From positions 107,634,001-107,698,000 of the forward strand of contig NW_024704742.1 in NCBI RefSeq assembly GCF_018977255.1: a DNA stretch of 64,000 nt, given 5' to 3'. Under the pieces are notes generated by a model. The model was not told the origin of the DNA. It worked only from the letters and a program-made list of their open reading frames with translations, and ran no database searches. Positions 12,791 to 24,955 of the stretch are shown here, one piece after another. Each line of letters opens with the position of its first letter. Positions within the stretch are counted from its first letter, which is position 1. The position numbers were made by a program, and so were the translations under genes. The DNA is from Callorhinchus milii. Its lineage: Eukaryota.

Positions 12791-13187
12791 GAGAAAGAAG
12801 ACACAGAAATACTGTGCAGCCTTCCTGGGTTAGATAGTCCAAAAGGATGAGAGAGACTATATTGATTTGCTCTGCCAAATCCTAGTATCCAGTAGCATTA
12901 AATAGCAACCGAGGAATACAGCATCAGAAAAGGCTATTGTGGCCCATCTGGACTTCCCAAAGCTAAAAAGAAATATGACTGCCCTATTTCTATTTCTCCC
13001 TTATTTCACATACCCCCAAAACAGGTGTGTCAGCCTTGCTCAGTGTAAGCACTCTCGCCTCTGAGTCAGAAAGTTGTGAGTACAAGGCAAGAGAAATCAT
13101 TAAACTTTGGACTCTCTAAAAAAATTAAGGCTGCCTATTTGCAGTCCTGATGTTGCTCATTACTTCATTTTCAGCATGACTCAGTAT

Positions 13188-13640
13188 CAGCCTGACTAAG
13201 TTGGCAGCAGTCTTACCTCTAAGATATTTTGCCCACAAATATACAGTCAATTCACTTTACAGTATATTCTGTGAAGCGCTTTGAGATGTCTAGAATACGT
13301 GAAAAGCGCTATATCAAATGCAAGGATATTATTATTATTATTAGATGGAAGATTATGGGTTCAGGCCCCATACTGGACTTTGAACTCACAATCTAGGCTT
13401 GCACTTTCATGCTGTGCTGGGTGTGCACTGATTTATTCTCTGTGCTGGGGATGAGATATTAAACTAGGTCCTATCTGCCTTTTCAGATGGATATTTCTCC
13501 AGTGTCCTGAACATCAGTCTCCCAAAATAAAATTGGTCATTCACATCATATGTGATATTGTTATGCCGCATTTGTCTACAAAATACAATTCACAGTAAAT
13601 CCTGTCTTCACAATATGAAACGATTCTTATTATTATTACA
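13188..13640 (+). mobile_element. DeuSINE/SacSINE1-like SINE with a young SINE tail (about 13225-13343) inserted in its tRNA head
   Basis: Head cagcctgactaagttggcagcagtcttacctct is broken by ttgcccacaaatatacagtc...attattatt and resumes at gaagattatgggttcaggcccca. Confidence 0.75.
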
Positions 13641-14269
13641 CCACACACCACAAATGGAATAATAAAACAAAGCTGTGAAAATCAAATGGTTCGATTACAG
13701 ATTACACTGCATTTGAACCTCTTTACATTTCCCACAAATAAAGAGAACCACACACTGCAGTTCAGATTTCATTACAGTATATTTTGCTTTTCCCAACATA
13801 TTTCATTGTAATTAAATTTAAAGTGCAATTTTAAGTACGATCAGTTTGTGGAAATATTGCTGTTTATGTTTTATGAAACAATTAAATATTTAGTTAACAT
13901 TTATATTTTATATTTTTGTTGTGCCAATACATCAAAATAAAAGTTCATAGCGAAAATGGTAATAACTTTGTCTTACTTCAAAAAGACCTGAGGCGACTGT
14001 CAAATGGTTTTAAAGAATTTTTTTTTTGTCAACGTTTGCTAAATATAAGTGATTTAGTGATTTAGAGTCAGGTGTTTATTTTATTCACTACAATTACAAT
14101 ATCTTGTAAACCACATTAGTAAGGTTTATATGACTTCTATGTCAATGGCTAAATGGAAATAGAGTAACAAACAATTTCATAAAAACTGTATTAAGACTGA
14201 TAGTTTGCATTGCTTCAGTGAATAGTTTAAAGGTCCCTTCTGATATTCATCATACTGAATAATAGTAAT

Positions 14270-15050
14270 AATCCTTGCATTTGCTATAGCACCTTATCAC
14301 TTCATTAAAATGTAAAAAGTGCTTCACAGGATTTATTGTAAAGTGTAGTGACTGTATTCAGTAGGCAAACCTGACAGCTGATTTCCGCACAGTTCCACAA
14401 AAATGAATAATTGATTTTACTCAGGGGATAGTTGGAGACCAGGAGAATAGTGTCTTCTTTTTTCAAATAGTGCCATGGGATCTTTAACATCTACCTGAAT
14501 AGATAAACAGAACCCCAATTTAATGGCACATCCGGAGTTTGGCGCCTCTGGCAACGCAATCCTCTATAAAGTATCAGCTTTTGGCTGCTGAGGGCTGGAT
14601 CTCAGATTTGAGAAATATCCGCGGGCCACATAAGCAATATTTTTGTGTTTCCCTTCCAGAAACATAACCCATAAGAAGAATCATATAGAAACCCTTAGGT
14701 GGTCCAACGGGCGGCCCATGGGCTGCATCTGGCCCGGGGGATGATTTTATCCAGCACGCAAACCATTACCGACTTCATTGTTTTCCTTTCCTGCTGTGCC
14801 TCTCTTCCTGTCACTTACTGCTCTGTCTCTCATAAGGTTGTACAAGGCACGAAGCAGCATGGAGACCGACTGGAAAAGAAGTGCTGCCGGGAGGGAAAAC
14901 AATGAAGTCGGAAATGGTGTGCCGGCTGGATGATATCATTCCCAGGCCGATGCCAGTTGGATCACCCTGGTCTAGACTATCATCTCAAAATCCTTGATAT
15001 GGAGATTGAACTTGCAATCTTCTAAGTCAGAGATGAGAGCGCTAATATCT
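14270..15050 (-). mobile_element. DeuSINE/SacSINE1-like SINE split by a hAT MITE insertion
   Basis: Tail at 14270-14400, body aatagtgccatgggatctttaacatc, break after gtatcagc, resumption at ctagactat...gaacttgcaatcttctaagtcagag. Confidence 0.7.
14696..14969. mobile_element. Non-autonomous hAT (Charlie-like) MITE with long internal inverted repeat
   Basis: Left end aggtggtccaacgggcggccc; right end gttggatcaccctg followed by gtctagac (the Charlie-type NTCTAGAN target). Internal arms 14731-14795 and 14885-14948 are reverse complements. Confidence 0.75.
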
Positions 15051-15956
15051 AAATCCCACTAAAGTAAGGTTCAGACCAATGTACTCTCTTTTCTTTTGCC
15101 ATTACTTTCTATTGCATCTGAGTTGATCTTCACATTTCACATCCTGTGCATTCTGGTAGATGGATATTTGTTAGGTCAACATATTTGTTAGATCAGCCAT
15201 GATCTTATAGATCTTATGGAATAGCAGAACAGGCTTGATGGGCTGAATGGCCTACTCCTGTTTCTATGTTTCTATCTACTGTAGCGTCGCTGATACTCAG
15301 AATCACCTTTTGGCTTCAATGTGGGAATTGATATCATGAAAAACTTAAGTTTCAAATGTCTGAGTCAGTGGAGAATTGTAATTGTTATTATCCACCTTCG
15401 TTATTCTTTATTAGGTCACATAAACCAGATTTTGTGATTAATATTCATCAGATTTGGTTTACAGCCTCAATCCCCTTTTCTTTGGATCATTCAGAATCGT
15501 TGGATATCACTGAAATTGCAAGCTAAAGATTTAATGTTTTTCAGAGTAAAGCACTTGTTTCAATCAATGATTCACTTGGTGTCTGTTTAATTACATACTT
15601 TTGACCTCACGCATGCAAAATATTGGCAAGGTCCAAGTTTTTCAGAATGCTGTAGAGAAAGAGCAGGCATACATTGAATTAATTGACTATTCACAGCTAA
15701 ATAGCTCAAATATGCTTGAAAGTCACAAAAGAAATGAATTCTTGTAGACAGAAGATTTCTGTACAGTAATAATTCTAAAAGAAATTGTTGTTCTCCATGT
15801 CAAAATATTTAATCATGTTGCAACCACTTTACTGATTCTTCCTGAAATACACAGTATAAGGAATAGGCACCAGGGACAGAAAATATACTTACTGCCAGCA
15901 ATCACATACGTTACGGTTGCCGTGAAACAATTGAGTTATGGTGACTATGACAGGAA

Positions 15957-16326
15957 AATAATAATCCTTGCATTCGATATAGCGCCTTATCATGTCTCCA
16001 AGACATCTTAAAGAGTTTCACAGAATATACTGTAAAGTGAATTGACTGTCTATTTTGTGGGCGAAACGTGGCAGTCAATTGCGCACAGGACAATCCCACA
16101 ACAGTCATGGATTGAGTGACCAAATTACTATTATTGTTATTTTATTTTGAAGGTATTATTAACCACCGGAAAAGCAATCTGCTAATTGACTAACAACTCG
16201 GCTCCTACTCACTGCTAGGTAAACAAAGACGCGTGGAGTAAGGACATTTTCACCCTGCCCAGGAATGAAACTCAGGTCCTCTCGCTTGCTATGTGAGTGC
16301 TTTAACCACTAAGCTACAGGACGCCA
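15957..16326 (-). mobile_element. Young tRNA-Ala-derived SINE, long form
   Basis: Head cctgtagcttagtggttaaagcactc plus the extra internal segment gtttacctagcagtgagtaggagcc...gcagattgcttttcc; standard tail. Confidence 0.85.
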
Positions 16327-17605
16327 CTTAAATGCACTTAAAGCCCGTTAATTGAAAAACCCAGGTGAAGGACTAACACCCTCGTACAAAACAGCGCTAT
16401 GGTTGAAAAGATGGAAGAAGTTTAGATAAATCGAAACATAGCATTTAGGCAATGTCAAGCCTGACTTATAAAAGCCTGCAGATATTCTAGAATTTTGCTA
16501 GAATATTTTTAGGGAATTTTTCAGAATCCTCCTCTTAAGGAGATTGAATCAGTGAGATTAAGCCAATGACAGAGGTAGATTGTTTATGGATGGAGCAAAC
16601 TTGATGAGCTTAATAACAAGGCGATAGGGAAGACTGAATGAAATAAGGCATTCCATAATTATGAGGCCCTGGGAAAGAATGAGTTTGTGAGGATTCACTG
16701 AAACAAGAAAAAGAGAGAATATAGGAGGTTACATTTGAAAGTTGGGAAAGATTTAAAGGAGCATTTACTATATCAATTCCTTGCTCTATGAATAAAATAG
16801 ACAGGGTATATTAGTGATACATAAGGTGGTATATATGTGATCGATACTTATGTTAATACTTTGATAGATTTCATGGCCTAACATATCGGGCTACTGGATC
16901 ATAGCATAAAAAACAAAAACAAATAAATGAGGATAAGGCCATTTAGCTCATCAAGTCTGCTCCCTCCACAGGCTATCCATCTATTGTTATCTTAGCTCCA
17001 CCTATTTAATTTCCTGTGGAAGGATTCAATAAAGTAAAAGTATTGAAGACAAATTGAAGAATATTTATATTGTCTCACTATTCAATTGGGTCATCTTTCT
17101 TCCATTGGATAACACCCTCTCTCCTCTCTTCCCTGGTCCCTGCAGTATGCCACCTTCTTAGTTTCTAGCTTCTTTATGAATGGTCAATGGGCAATACACT
17201 GTCCTCTATCTCACTCTCCAAAAATGCACGCCTGTGTTTGACAGCAACCTAGTTAAAAGAAATGAGCTGCGGAATTGCATTTTTTCAGACACATTGGCTG
17301 TATCCTCCATTAGTTTCTATGGATTCCCTTCAAGTGATGTTTTGGACTCATGTTGGTGATCGCAACAGGAATTTTAAAAGTAGTTCAGAATAGGGAGCGG
17401 AGGAGAATGCTTCTGTGCAGAATTGTTTCGATTTTTTTTCAGTGGGGTTGGGGGTGGCCAGTTCTTGCTGCAGACTGCATAAGGTAGTGATGATTCAGAT
17501 CAAACTAAACAAAGCCATCAAAATGATGCTATAATAATAACAATAATAATCTTTCACTTGATTTCATTTCATATCAGGAGGATGTCCCAAAGCACTTTAT
17601 GTGAC

Positions 17606-17632
17606 ATATATATATATATATATATATATATA
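17606..17632. repeat. (TA)n microsatellite
   Basis: Uninterrupted run of tatata. Confidence 0.95.
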
Positions 17633-17734
17633 GTGTAGTAATTGTGTGTTTTATGTGTGAACTTCCTAACTCCCTACAAATTACAATTAATAAATAACCA
17701 GAGGTAAAATGGTTAGTTTTTATTTTAATCATTT

Positions 17735-18085
17735 GTCAGCTTGACTGAGTTGGTAATTTTCCTGCTCTGGATCGGACAGTTTTGGTTTCACTGACTTTGA
17801 GTCCATAGTCTGGACTGTCATTCCAGTGCAATAATGGGGAGCACTGGAGGTGCTGTCCTTTGGGTGAAGTATTAAACTGTGGTCCAGTTAAATAATCCAG
17901 CTAAAGGATTCATGATACATTTCAAGGCTGCCTTGACCAACAATCCTTTAGAAAAAATGATCATTCACCTCCTGGCTGTTTGTGGACATTGCTGTGTGCA
18001 AATTGGTTCCTGTGTTTGCCTTCAATTACTCTGAAGCACTTTTAGATTTTATAGGCCCTGTATCCAATCTAAGGATTATTATGTA
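17735..18085 (+). mobile_element. Decayed DeuSINE/SacSINE1-like SINE
   Basis: gtcagcttgactgagttggta head, ggaggtgctgtcctttgggtgaagtattaaac body, aaggattattat tail. Confidence 0.7.
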
Positions 18086-18974
18086 TTTTACTTTCCTTCT
18101 TTAGAGCACACATTTCTAGTCAGCACATTTTCTCCTTCAGCAAAAAGTATGGGAGCAGCACATTTCTCAACGGGCACTGTGAGTGCTTGATGGATTTATT
18201 AACTGAAAGTTAGTCAGTCGGGGTGGGATTGGATACCACAGTGTAATTTTGCTTTGCTGTCTGAAAGGGATTCGCATGCTGAATGAACCTAAGTCCTCTT
18301 GTCAAGTACAATATCTGATAAACCAACCTGCAAGTGTACGCGAAGGATGGAAAGTGTAGTATTTAGTTTAAGCTGTTCCTTTCTACACCAATTTGTGTCA
18401 AACAATATGTTTTGCCAATTGGAGGTGTTAATAAATTGGAAATATTGTTGTGGATTCACAAATCACATATAATAAGAGTTGTTTGTCAAAGCCCTGGTCA
18501 AAGTGACAAATGATAAATGGCAACCAGGGCTCCCTCTGCTTTCTCGTCCTCTTTGACCTCTCTGCTACCTTCAAAAGCGTTGATCACTCAATCCTCATCC
18601 ACCGCCTCTTCTCTCACCTCAACCTTCATGATTCTGTCCTTGACTGGTTCAGATCTTACCTCTCACACCACCTCCACTTCATCTCCACAAATGGCTTCTC
18701 CTCTAGCCCCCAACCATCTTGTGTGGCGTTCCTCTGGGCTCTGTCCTTGTTTTTTTCCTCTTCAATATCTATATGCTCCCTGTTGGTGACATAATCCGCA
18801 GACGTGGGGTCAACTTCCACATGTATGCGAATGACACCCAAATGTACTTCTCTGCTTCCACCCTTGACTCCAAGACTACTGGTGTCCTGACAGAATGTCT
18901 GTCAGACATCAAGTCCTGGATGAGAGCTAACTTTCTAGAGTTGAACATCAATAAGACTGAGGCTCTCTTAAATC

Positions 18975-19490
18975 AAATTCAAGATCTTCATCCTCACCTA
19001 CAAGGCCATTCACGGCCTTGCTCCCTCCTACCTCTCTGACCTACTATCCCCCTACTTACCTGCCCATACCCTCCGTTCCTCTGGCTTTGGTCTGCTCCAC
19101 ATCCCCCGCCCCAACCGCCCTACCATCGGTGGCCGGGCCTTCAGCCTCTCAGCCCCTAGGCTCTGGGCCTTGCTTCCTCCCTTTCCTCCTTCAAGGCCGG
19201 TCTCAAGACCTTTCTCTTTGACCGTGCCTTCAGCTCCCCTCTCGACTCTCTACCCCCTCCTCGCTCCCTCCCATCCCTCCCCTCACCCTGACCATTTCCC
19301 CCCTCTTCGCTGCCTCCCTTCCCTCCCCTCACCCTGACCATTTCCCCCCTCCTCGCTCCCTCCCTTCCCTCCCCTCACCCTGACCATTTCCCCCCTGCTC
19401 GGGTCCTGACCCAACTGTACAGCGCCTTGGGACGTCCTCCTGACGTGAAAGGCGCTCTATAAATGGAATCTTGTTGTCGTTGTTGTTGTA
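18975..19490 (+). mobile_element. Younger L2 3' fragment nested in the older L2
   Basis: Ends agcgccttgggacgtcctcctgacgtgaaaggcgctctataaatggaatc(ttg)n. CpGs retained. Same subfamily as 43410-43671. Confidence 0.85.
19253..19390 (+). repeat. 46-bp C/T-rich minisatellite, 3 units, inside the L2 3' UTR
   Basis: accctgaccatttc recurs at 19285, 19331 and 19377 (period 46). Confidence 0.9.
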
Positions 19491-20182
19491 ATTGGCTTTG
19501 TCAGCACCTCCACACCTCAGGCGCTGACAGAATCACCATCCATGATTACCCATTCCACCTCACTAAGCCAGTCCAGAACCTTGGGGTCTTGTTTGACCCT
19601 CAACTATCCTTTCTACCCACATCCATGCCAAGACCTGCTCTGTCATCCCCCACATCTGCAACATTGCCCAGCTCCTACCATGTCTCCCACTACAGGTCAC
19701 CAAACTCTCATACATGCATTCATTACATCGAGGCTTGACTTCACAAACTCCTTGCTTGTCAGCCTCCCCAACTCCTCCCTCCATAGACTGCAGATATTCA
19801 GAACTCTGCAGTCCATGTCCTCTCCCGCACTAGGCTCTGTGACTCTATCACCCCCATTCTCGCCCGACTCCACTGGCTTCCCATCACACAGAGGATACAA
19901 TTCAAGATCCTGGTCTTCACCTTCAAAACCCTCCATGGTCTTGCTTCCCCCCTACCTCTGCGACCTCCTAACCCACTACTATCCTGCCTGTTCCCTCCGT
20001 TCAGCGGGCTCCAGTCTGCGTCACATCCCCCGCCTCGCCCACCCCACTATTGGCGGGCGGACCTTCTGCCACTCTGCCCCCAACCTCTGGAACTCCATCC
20101 TGCAGTCCCTCCACCTCGCCCCCCTCCCTTGCCTTCTTCAAGTCCCATCTCAAGACCTTCCTCTTCGACTGTGCTTTCGATC

Positions 20183-20400
20183 AGGGGGTAATAATCCCTT
20201 CAAAAAACAAATGTTTTAAATAATTTGGTCACTCAATCCACGACTGTTTGTGGGACACTGCTGTGCACAATTGGCTGCCGCTTCTCACCCACAAAATATA
20301 CAGTCAATTCACTTTACAGTATATTCTGTGAAGTGCTTTGAGGCATCCCGAAGACGTGATAAGGCGCTATATCAAATGCAAGGCTTATTATATTATTATC
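20183..20400 (+). mobile_element. 5'-truncated young SINE (long-form 3' part)
   Basis: ggggtaataatcccttc...actgtttgtgggacactgctgtgcac...tatatcaaatgcaagg(tta)n. Confidence 0.85.
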
Positions 20401-21769
20401 ATAAATAGTATCCACTGTATTGTCTGACTATTTATACCCTGTCTGACCTATATCTCTGCCTGACAAAAGCTGTCTATGATTGTATTTTATTCAAATCGGA
20501 CCAATGATATTGGTATTAAAATACAATCTGAATTACATGTAGCCAGAATCTGAGGAAAAAAGATAAAACGTAATCTAATTTTCTTTTGCTAATTTTTACT
20601 GTGGTTTAGCTGAACCAGAGTCTGACCTCAGTAATAATAGGATTGTAACTGTCCTGAAAAGCAACTAAATGGAGAAGGAAGTGCAGATCTATTGAACTTC
20701 AGTTGTTTTTGTTAACCATTGGATTAATCCATCTGTAGATTCCTCAATTATTGGTACAACTGTTCCTCTCTCTTTTTGCTTGCTGTTTCAATCCACCTAG
20801 CGATAGAAATCAGTAATAATAGGTTATAATACAATATCATTTTGTCAGATGATTTATAAAATGTGACAGAAACTGGCATGACATCATCAATAACCATGCA
20901 TTGTACAGATTAAACCATTTCAGGCATGGAGACATTCACAGTTATTGCAATATCTCCATTCGGGCACACTGACTTATTGAGACATAAAACCTTGTGGAAA
21001 AAATAACAAATCGTGACCCCATCAGTCTAAATTCAGTGAGGTGCCTATTCGATAGTGGTGCTAATCCTAGCTCCCACCTATAGCTTTTCTGCTTGGTTGC
21101 AATTCCAGATTCACAAAAAAAATGTGCTTTGAATAAGAAGCACTCTTCCTATCAAGATCTTGTCACAAAGTAAATATCAGTACATAGTAATTGATGAAGA
21201 AAATTTTTCCAGATGGTCTATTAAAAAATCTCATGAGCAAATTAAACTTCTCCAATCCTCACAATATAACCTGGTTAATAAAATGCTCTACATTTATTGA
21301 CTCTTACAACAGCCGATTAATCCTTTGAGCACTGCGTTTTCTTTTTCTTGAATGATTTTTGGTCTGAGAATCAATTGCTGTATCCTTCAAAACAACACTC
21401 AATAGCATTGGAATGAATAAACAGGACCAGAAAATATCATTGTGCCCCAATTGCATTAAAAAAATTCCTACACTATTTATAACCCTCAATCAATTTCTTC
21501 ACTGAATGACTATTTAAGACCCTTTTGAATTTGCTGTCACATTGTGCCTGAACCACATCTCTAGACAGCCTATTTCGCGTATTTTCACCATGTTGTGTAA
21601 AATAATTAAACCTAAACTATTTACTTACCTATCCTTTTCTAAGCTCCATTGCATGTTCCCATGTATTAGACTTTTAAGTAATGTGAACTATATTATATTT
21701 GGGTTCAATTTATTTAAACCTACTTTTAGAAAAAATGCACGTCTTTTGATAAATCGTTCAACTTCTTTG

Positions 21770-22145
21770 GTTCTCCATCCCCCATTGGCTCAAATTCAAG
21801 ATTCTTGTTGTCACCTTTAAATCCCATCATCTTACCTCTGCGACCTCCTCAAATCTTACCGCCCTGGACCCTCCCTTCGCTCAGTGAGCACTGGCCTGCT
21901 TCATGTCTCCTACCCTATCTGTTTCCCGTCGGCAGACAAGCTTTCAGCCATTCTGCTCCCGCTCTCTGAGAAGAACTCCTTGCGACTCATTCCGTCCATC
22001 CCTCTTTCAAGGCATGTCTCAAAACCTACCTCTTTGGCCGACCTTTTGGTCATCTTTTCCCTCCCTACCCTTCTCAGTTCCTACCCCCCAATGTGCTTTA
22101 AGATGTCTGCCAACATGAAAGGGCTATATAAATGTAAATTGTATT
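21770..22145 (+). mobile_element. Decayed L2 3' fragment
   Basis: aaattcaagattcttg...acctctgcgacctcct...gatgtctgccaacatgaaagggctatataaatg. Confidence 0.75.
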
Positions 22146-22674
22146 GCATGATATAGTAATATAATTATATATTATATATATGACATTATCAAGAATAATC
22201 TGTTAAAAAGCTAGATTTTTGGTACCAATATTACTAATATTTCCAAATAATTGGCCCAGTTTCCATGAAAATCCAATTTATTTTCAATTACCCATCTTGT
22301 GCATGGCATCAGCAATTTAACAAATTCAACAAACACTTAATGTTCACAAGGTGAAAATGGCTGCTTTTTCAAGGCAAATAAGAATAATAGCTTATCACTT
22401 CCAAATGTAGTGCACGTTTTAAGAGTTACAGGATTTCCTCTTAAGATCAATTTAATAAGTACTTTGAAAATATAGAATCAGAACACAATGCATTAAGACT
22501 TCATTACTATTCATCCCATAATATAACTTTGACTGCTCCATCTGCAAGAAAGAACATGCTTTTTATGGCACTTTTATCAATTTACCACAAATGTTTTAAA
22601 ACACTTTATAATAATTACTATCAACTGTAGTGGCTGATTTTGTAGACATACATCCCAAGCATCTTATGTACAGC

Positions 22675-23062
22675 AACAACAACAAATTATACTTGTATAG
22701 CACCCTTCACATCAGAAAGACGTCTCAGGGGGCAGGACAGTCAGAGGGGGTTTGGACCCGAGCTGGAAGTTGGGGTCAGGAGGGGTGGAGGGTGGGGGGG
22801 GGTTGGGGGTGGGAGGGTGGCACAGTCGAAGGGGAAGGTCTTCAGATGGGTCTTGAATGAGGCAAGAGTGGGAGTAAGGCTGAGGGATTGCGGGATAGAG
22901 TTCCAGAGGTTGGGGGCAGAGCTGCTGAATGCCCAACCACCAATGGTGCAGTGGGAAGTGCGGGGGACCTGAAGCAGGCCAGTGTCTGCCGAGCGGAAGG
23001 AGCGGACAGGCTGATATGGGGTTAGGAGGTCGGAGAGGTAAGGGGAAGCAAGACCATGGATG
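22675..23062 (-). mobile_element. L2 3' fragment
   Basis: (caa)n tail, gtatagcacccttcacatc stem, gggttaggaggtcggagaggta body on the minus strand. Confidence 0.85.
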
Positions 23063-23074
23063 TTCTACAAAACA

Positions 23075-23340
23075 ACCATGACCAATTTTACCTGGAGGAT
23101 CATTAGCCAAGAAATGGGGAGAGACTCCTTTTCTCTTTCAAAGTAGCATCCTAGCATCTTAAATATCACCTGAAGAACAGGCAGACAGAAATTTAGTTTA
23201 ACATCTCATCTGAAGGATAGCACCCCTAACAATACTGAACACCCTCAGTACTCCACTGAGATGTTGATTTCATCCATGAGCTCAACACCCGATATGTGTT
23301 TGAACAATCAACTTTCTGACTCAGAGGTGATACCAACTGA
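23075..23340 (-). mobile_element. DeuSINE/SacSINE1-like SINE
   Basis: tttaacatctcatctgaaggatagcacc and actttctgactcagaggtgataccaactga are reverse complements of the SINE body and head. Confidence 0.75.
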
Positions 23341-23615
23341 CCCTTATCTCTTAGAATGAGATAAGATTACTCTGCAAAATGTTGTGCTTATTCAGCGAAT
23401 ACTGCAAGTGAGCAAATATCATTCTACCATACTTCTTTCATTCTGTATTATAATATAAACCACAATATTTATTTCACAAAATAACAATTTTGCACTTTTG
23501 TAGTACTATAAACACATATGTGCCTTCAAACCTGTCTTCTATCTTCTTCTATACTGACAATATCTGTCTTCAAGAAGGAGTTCAATAACCAATTGACGTA
23601 GAAACATGATTTATA

Positions 23616-23930
23616 ACTCACCTGAAAGGTCTTGCATCTAGGAGTGACATGGGCATATTTGTTTTGGGGTATCTCCTATCATTTGTGAGTTATTTTCAGT
23701 TTTGCAATTTTTTTACTGTAGTTACAGCTTGTGGCTGCTGAGTCACAGAGCACCTACGTATGGCACACTCTGCAGTTACACCTGGTGGATGTGCCGGTTA
23801 ACCGTGGCACTGTGGCATCCTGCGTCATAGAGCACGCACATAGCCAAGCCGCAGGAAAAAAATAAAGAACACAGACGAAGCTAAGCCACGGTAAATCCCG
23901 CAAAATTTAATTTTTAAAGTGCCGAGTCCT
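23616..23930 (-). promoter_or_regulatory. Candidate promoter/first exon or enhancer: CpG-rich, with ARE/MARE, CRE-like site and consensus splice donor
   Basis: About 10 CpGs in 23750-23930 in non-repeat sequence. TGCTGAGTCAC at 23736-23746, TGCGTCA at 23821-23827, and minus-strand CAG|GTGAGT at 23622/23621. Confidence 0.4.
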
Positions 23931-24044
23931 CCCACTGAGTTCTCCCAAAAGAAGTCCTCCCAGATGAATATAGATAAAGATGAAATGTCTGTCTTTGTGT
24001 CAATCTACATTCCATATTGGATCCTTTGGTTGCAAGCGAAGCCG

Positions 24045-24515
24045 ATGCTTACCACCCCATGTCATCTAATTCCAAAGTAGATTGGCTAAGAAACCAGGAG
24101 AATTCTGCTCTTCATCAAAATGGTGCCATGGGATCTTCAACATTAAATTGAACAGATCTCAGTGTAATTTACAGTATGAAGTACAGCCCCTTCGCTAATC
24201 CAGCACTTTCCCAGTGGTGCACTGGAGATTCAGCCTGAATCATGCCCTTAAAGTCTCGATGTAGATTTTGAGCCTACAACTTCCTGACTTACCAACTAAG
24301 CCAAGGTAGAAAGTGCCATTATTGAAAGCAGCAATAGAGATAAACTAAATTGCAATAAGCCAGTGAGTTTAACATCATAAATTTACTAGAAATCAATATC
24401 AGTGACAGAATAGCTGAGCCAGGAGAGGACTGACTATATGGGAACTTGAGAAATTTCTTGAGTGTCCCTGTGATTGGCTCCCAATGCTTACCACCCCATG
24501 TCATCTAATTCCAAA
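24045..24515 (+). repeat. Exact 32-bp direct repeat pair (24045-24076 and 24484-24515)
   Basis: atgcttaccaccccatgtcatctaattccaaa occurs identically twice, 439 bp apart. Confidence 0.95.
24085..24305 (-). mobile_element. Decayed DeuSINE/SacSINE1-like SINE
   Basis: atggtgccatgggatcttcaac body and gagcctacaacttcctgacttaccaactaagccaagg head. Confidence 0.7.
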
Positions 24516-24722
24516 AATCTATTTAAGCCCCAAAAATATTTTTAAATGCAATGTTTTATGCCGAACCGATTCCCCACAAATCGACACACCCACCCCTACC
24601 CATGCCTCGGTGCTCCCATTTTACTTGACAATCCTGAGCCCTTTTTGGGAGCCAGTCCGCTACTGAACTGAACACAAGTATGAGATGATTACAAAACACA
24701 CAGGAAACTGAATAAAAACTGA

Positions 24723-24955
24723 TGAGTCCTGTAGGATATTTGTTACTGGGCTCACCTTGCAAGCAAGAGACCTAGGTTTGATTCCTGGACAGGGCAAACT
24801 GTTCGGCAAGTTTCCTTACTCCACACACCTCTGTTTACCTAGCAGTAAGTATGAACTAATTTGATAGTCGATTGCCGGATTGCTTTTCCAGGGATAATAA
24901 TCCCTTCAATTTTTCAACAAAAAATAATAATTTGATGACTCAGTCCATTATTGTT
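24723..24955 (+). mobile_element. tRNA-Ala-derived SINE, long form, diverged and 3'-truncated
   Basis: ttgcaagcaagagacctaggtttgattcc...ggcaagtttccttactccacacacctctgtttacctagcagtaagta. Confidence 0.8.

Larger units (their letters stand above)
18487..20180 (+). mobile_element. L2 element with the RT core, interrupted by a younger L2 3' fragment
   Basis: LVLFDLSATFKSVDHSILIHRL, GVPLGSVL, FNIYMLP, YANDTQMY, CLSDIKSWMRANFL; resumes at 19491 with VQNLGVLFDPQLSF and TLIHAFITSRLDFTNSLL. Confidence 0.92.

Noticed and set aside
18141..18184. Plus-strand 38-nt exon with good acceptor and GTGAGT donor
   Set aside because: Isolated, no compatible partner exons found, peptide unrecognised.
19253..19390. 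CRISPR-like array
   Set aside because: Units are head-to-tail with no unique spacers, inside a eukaryotic LINE.
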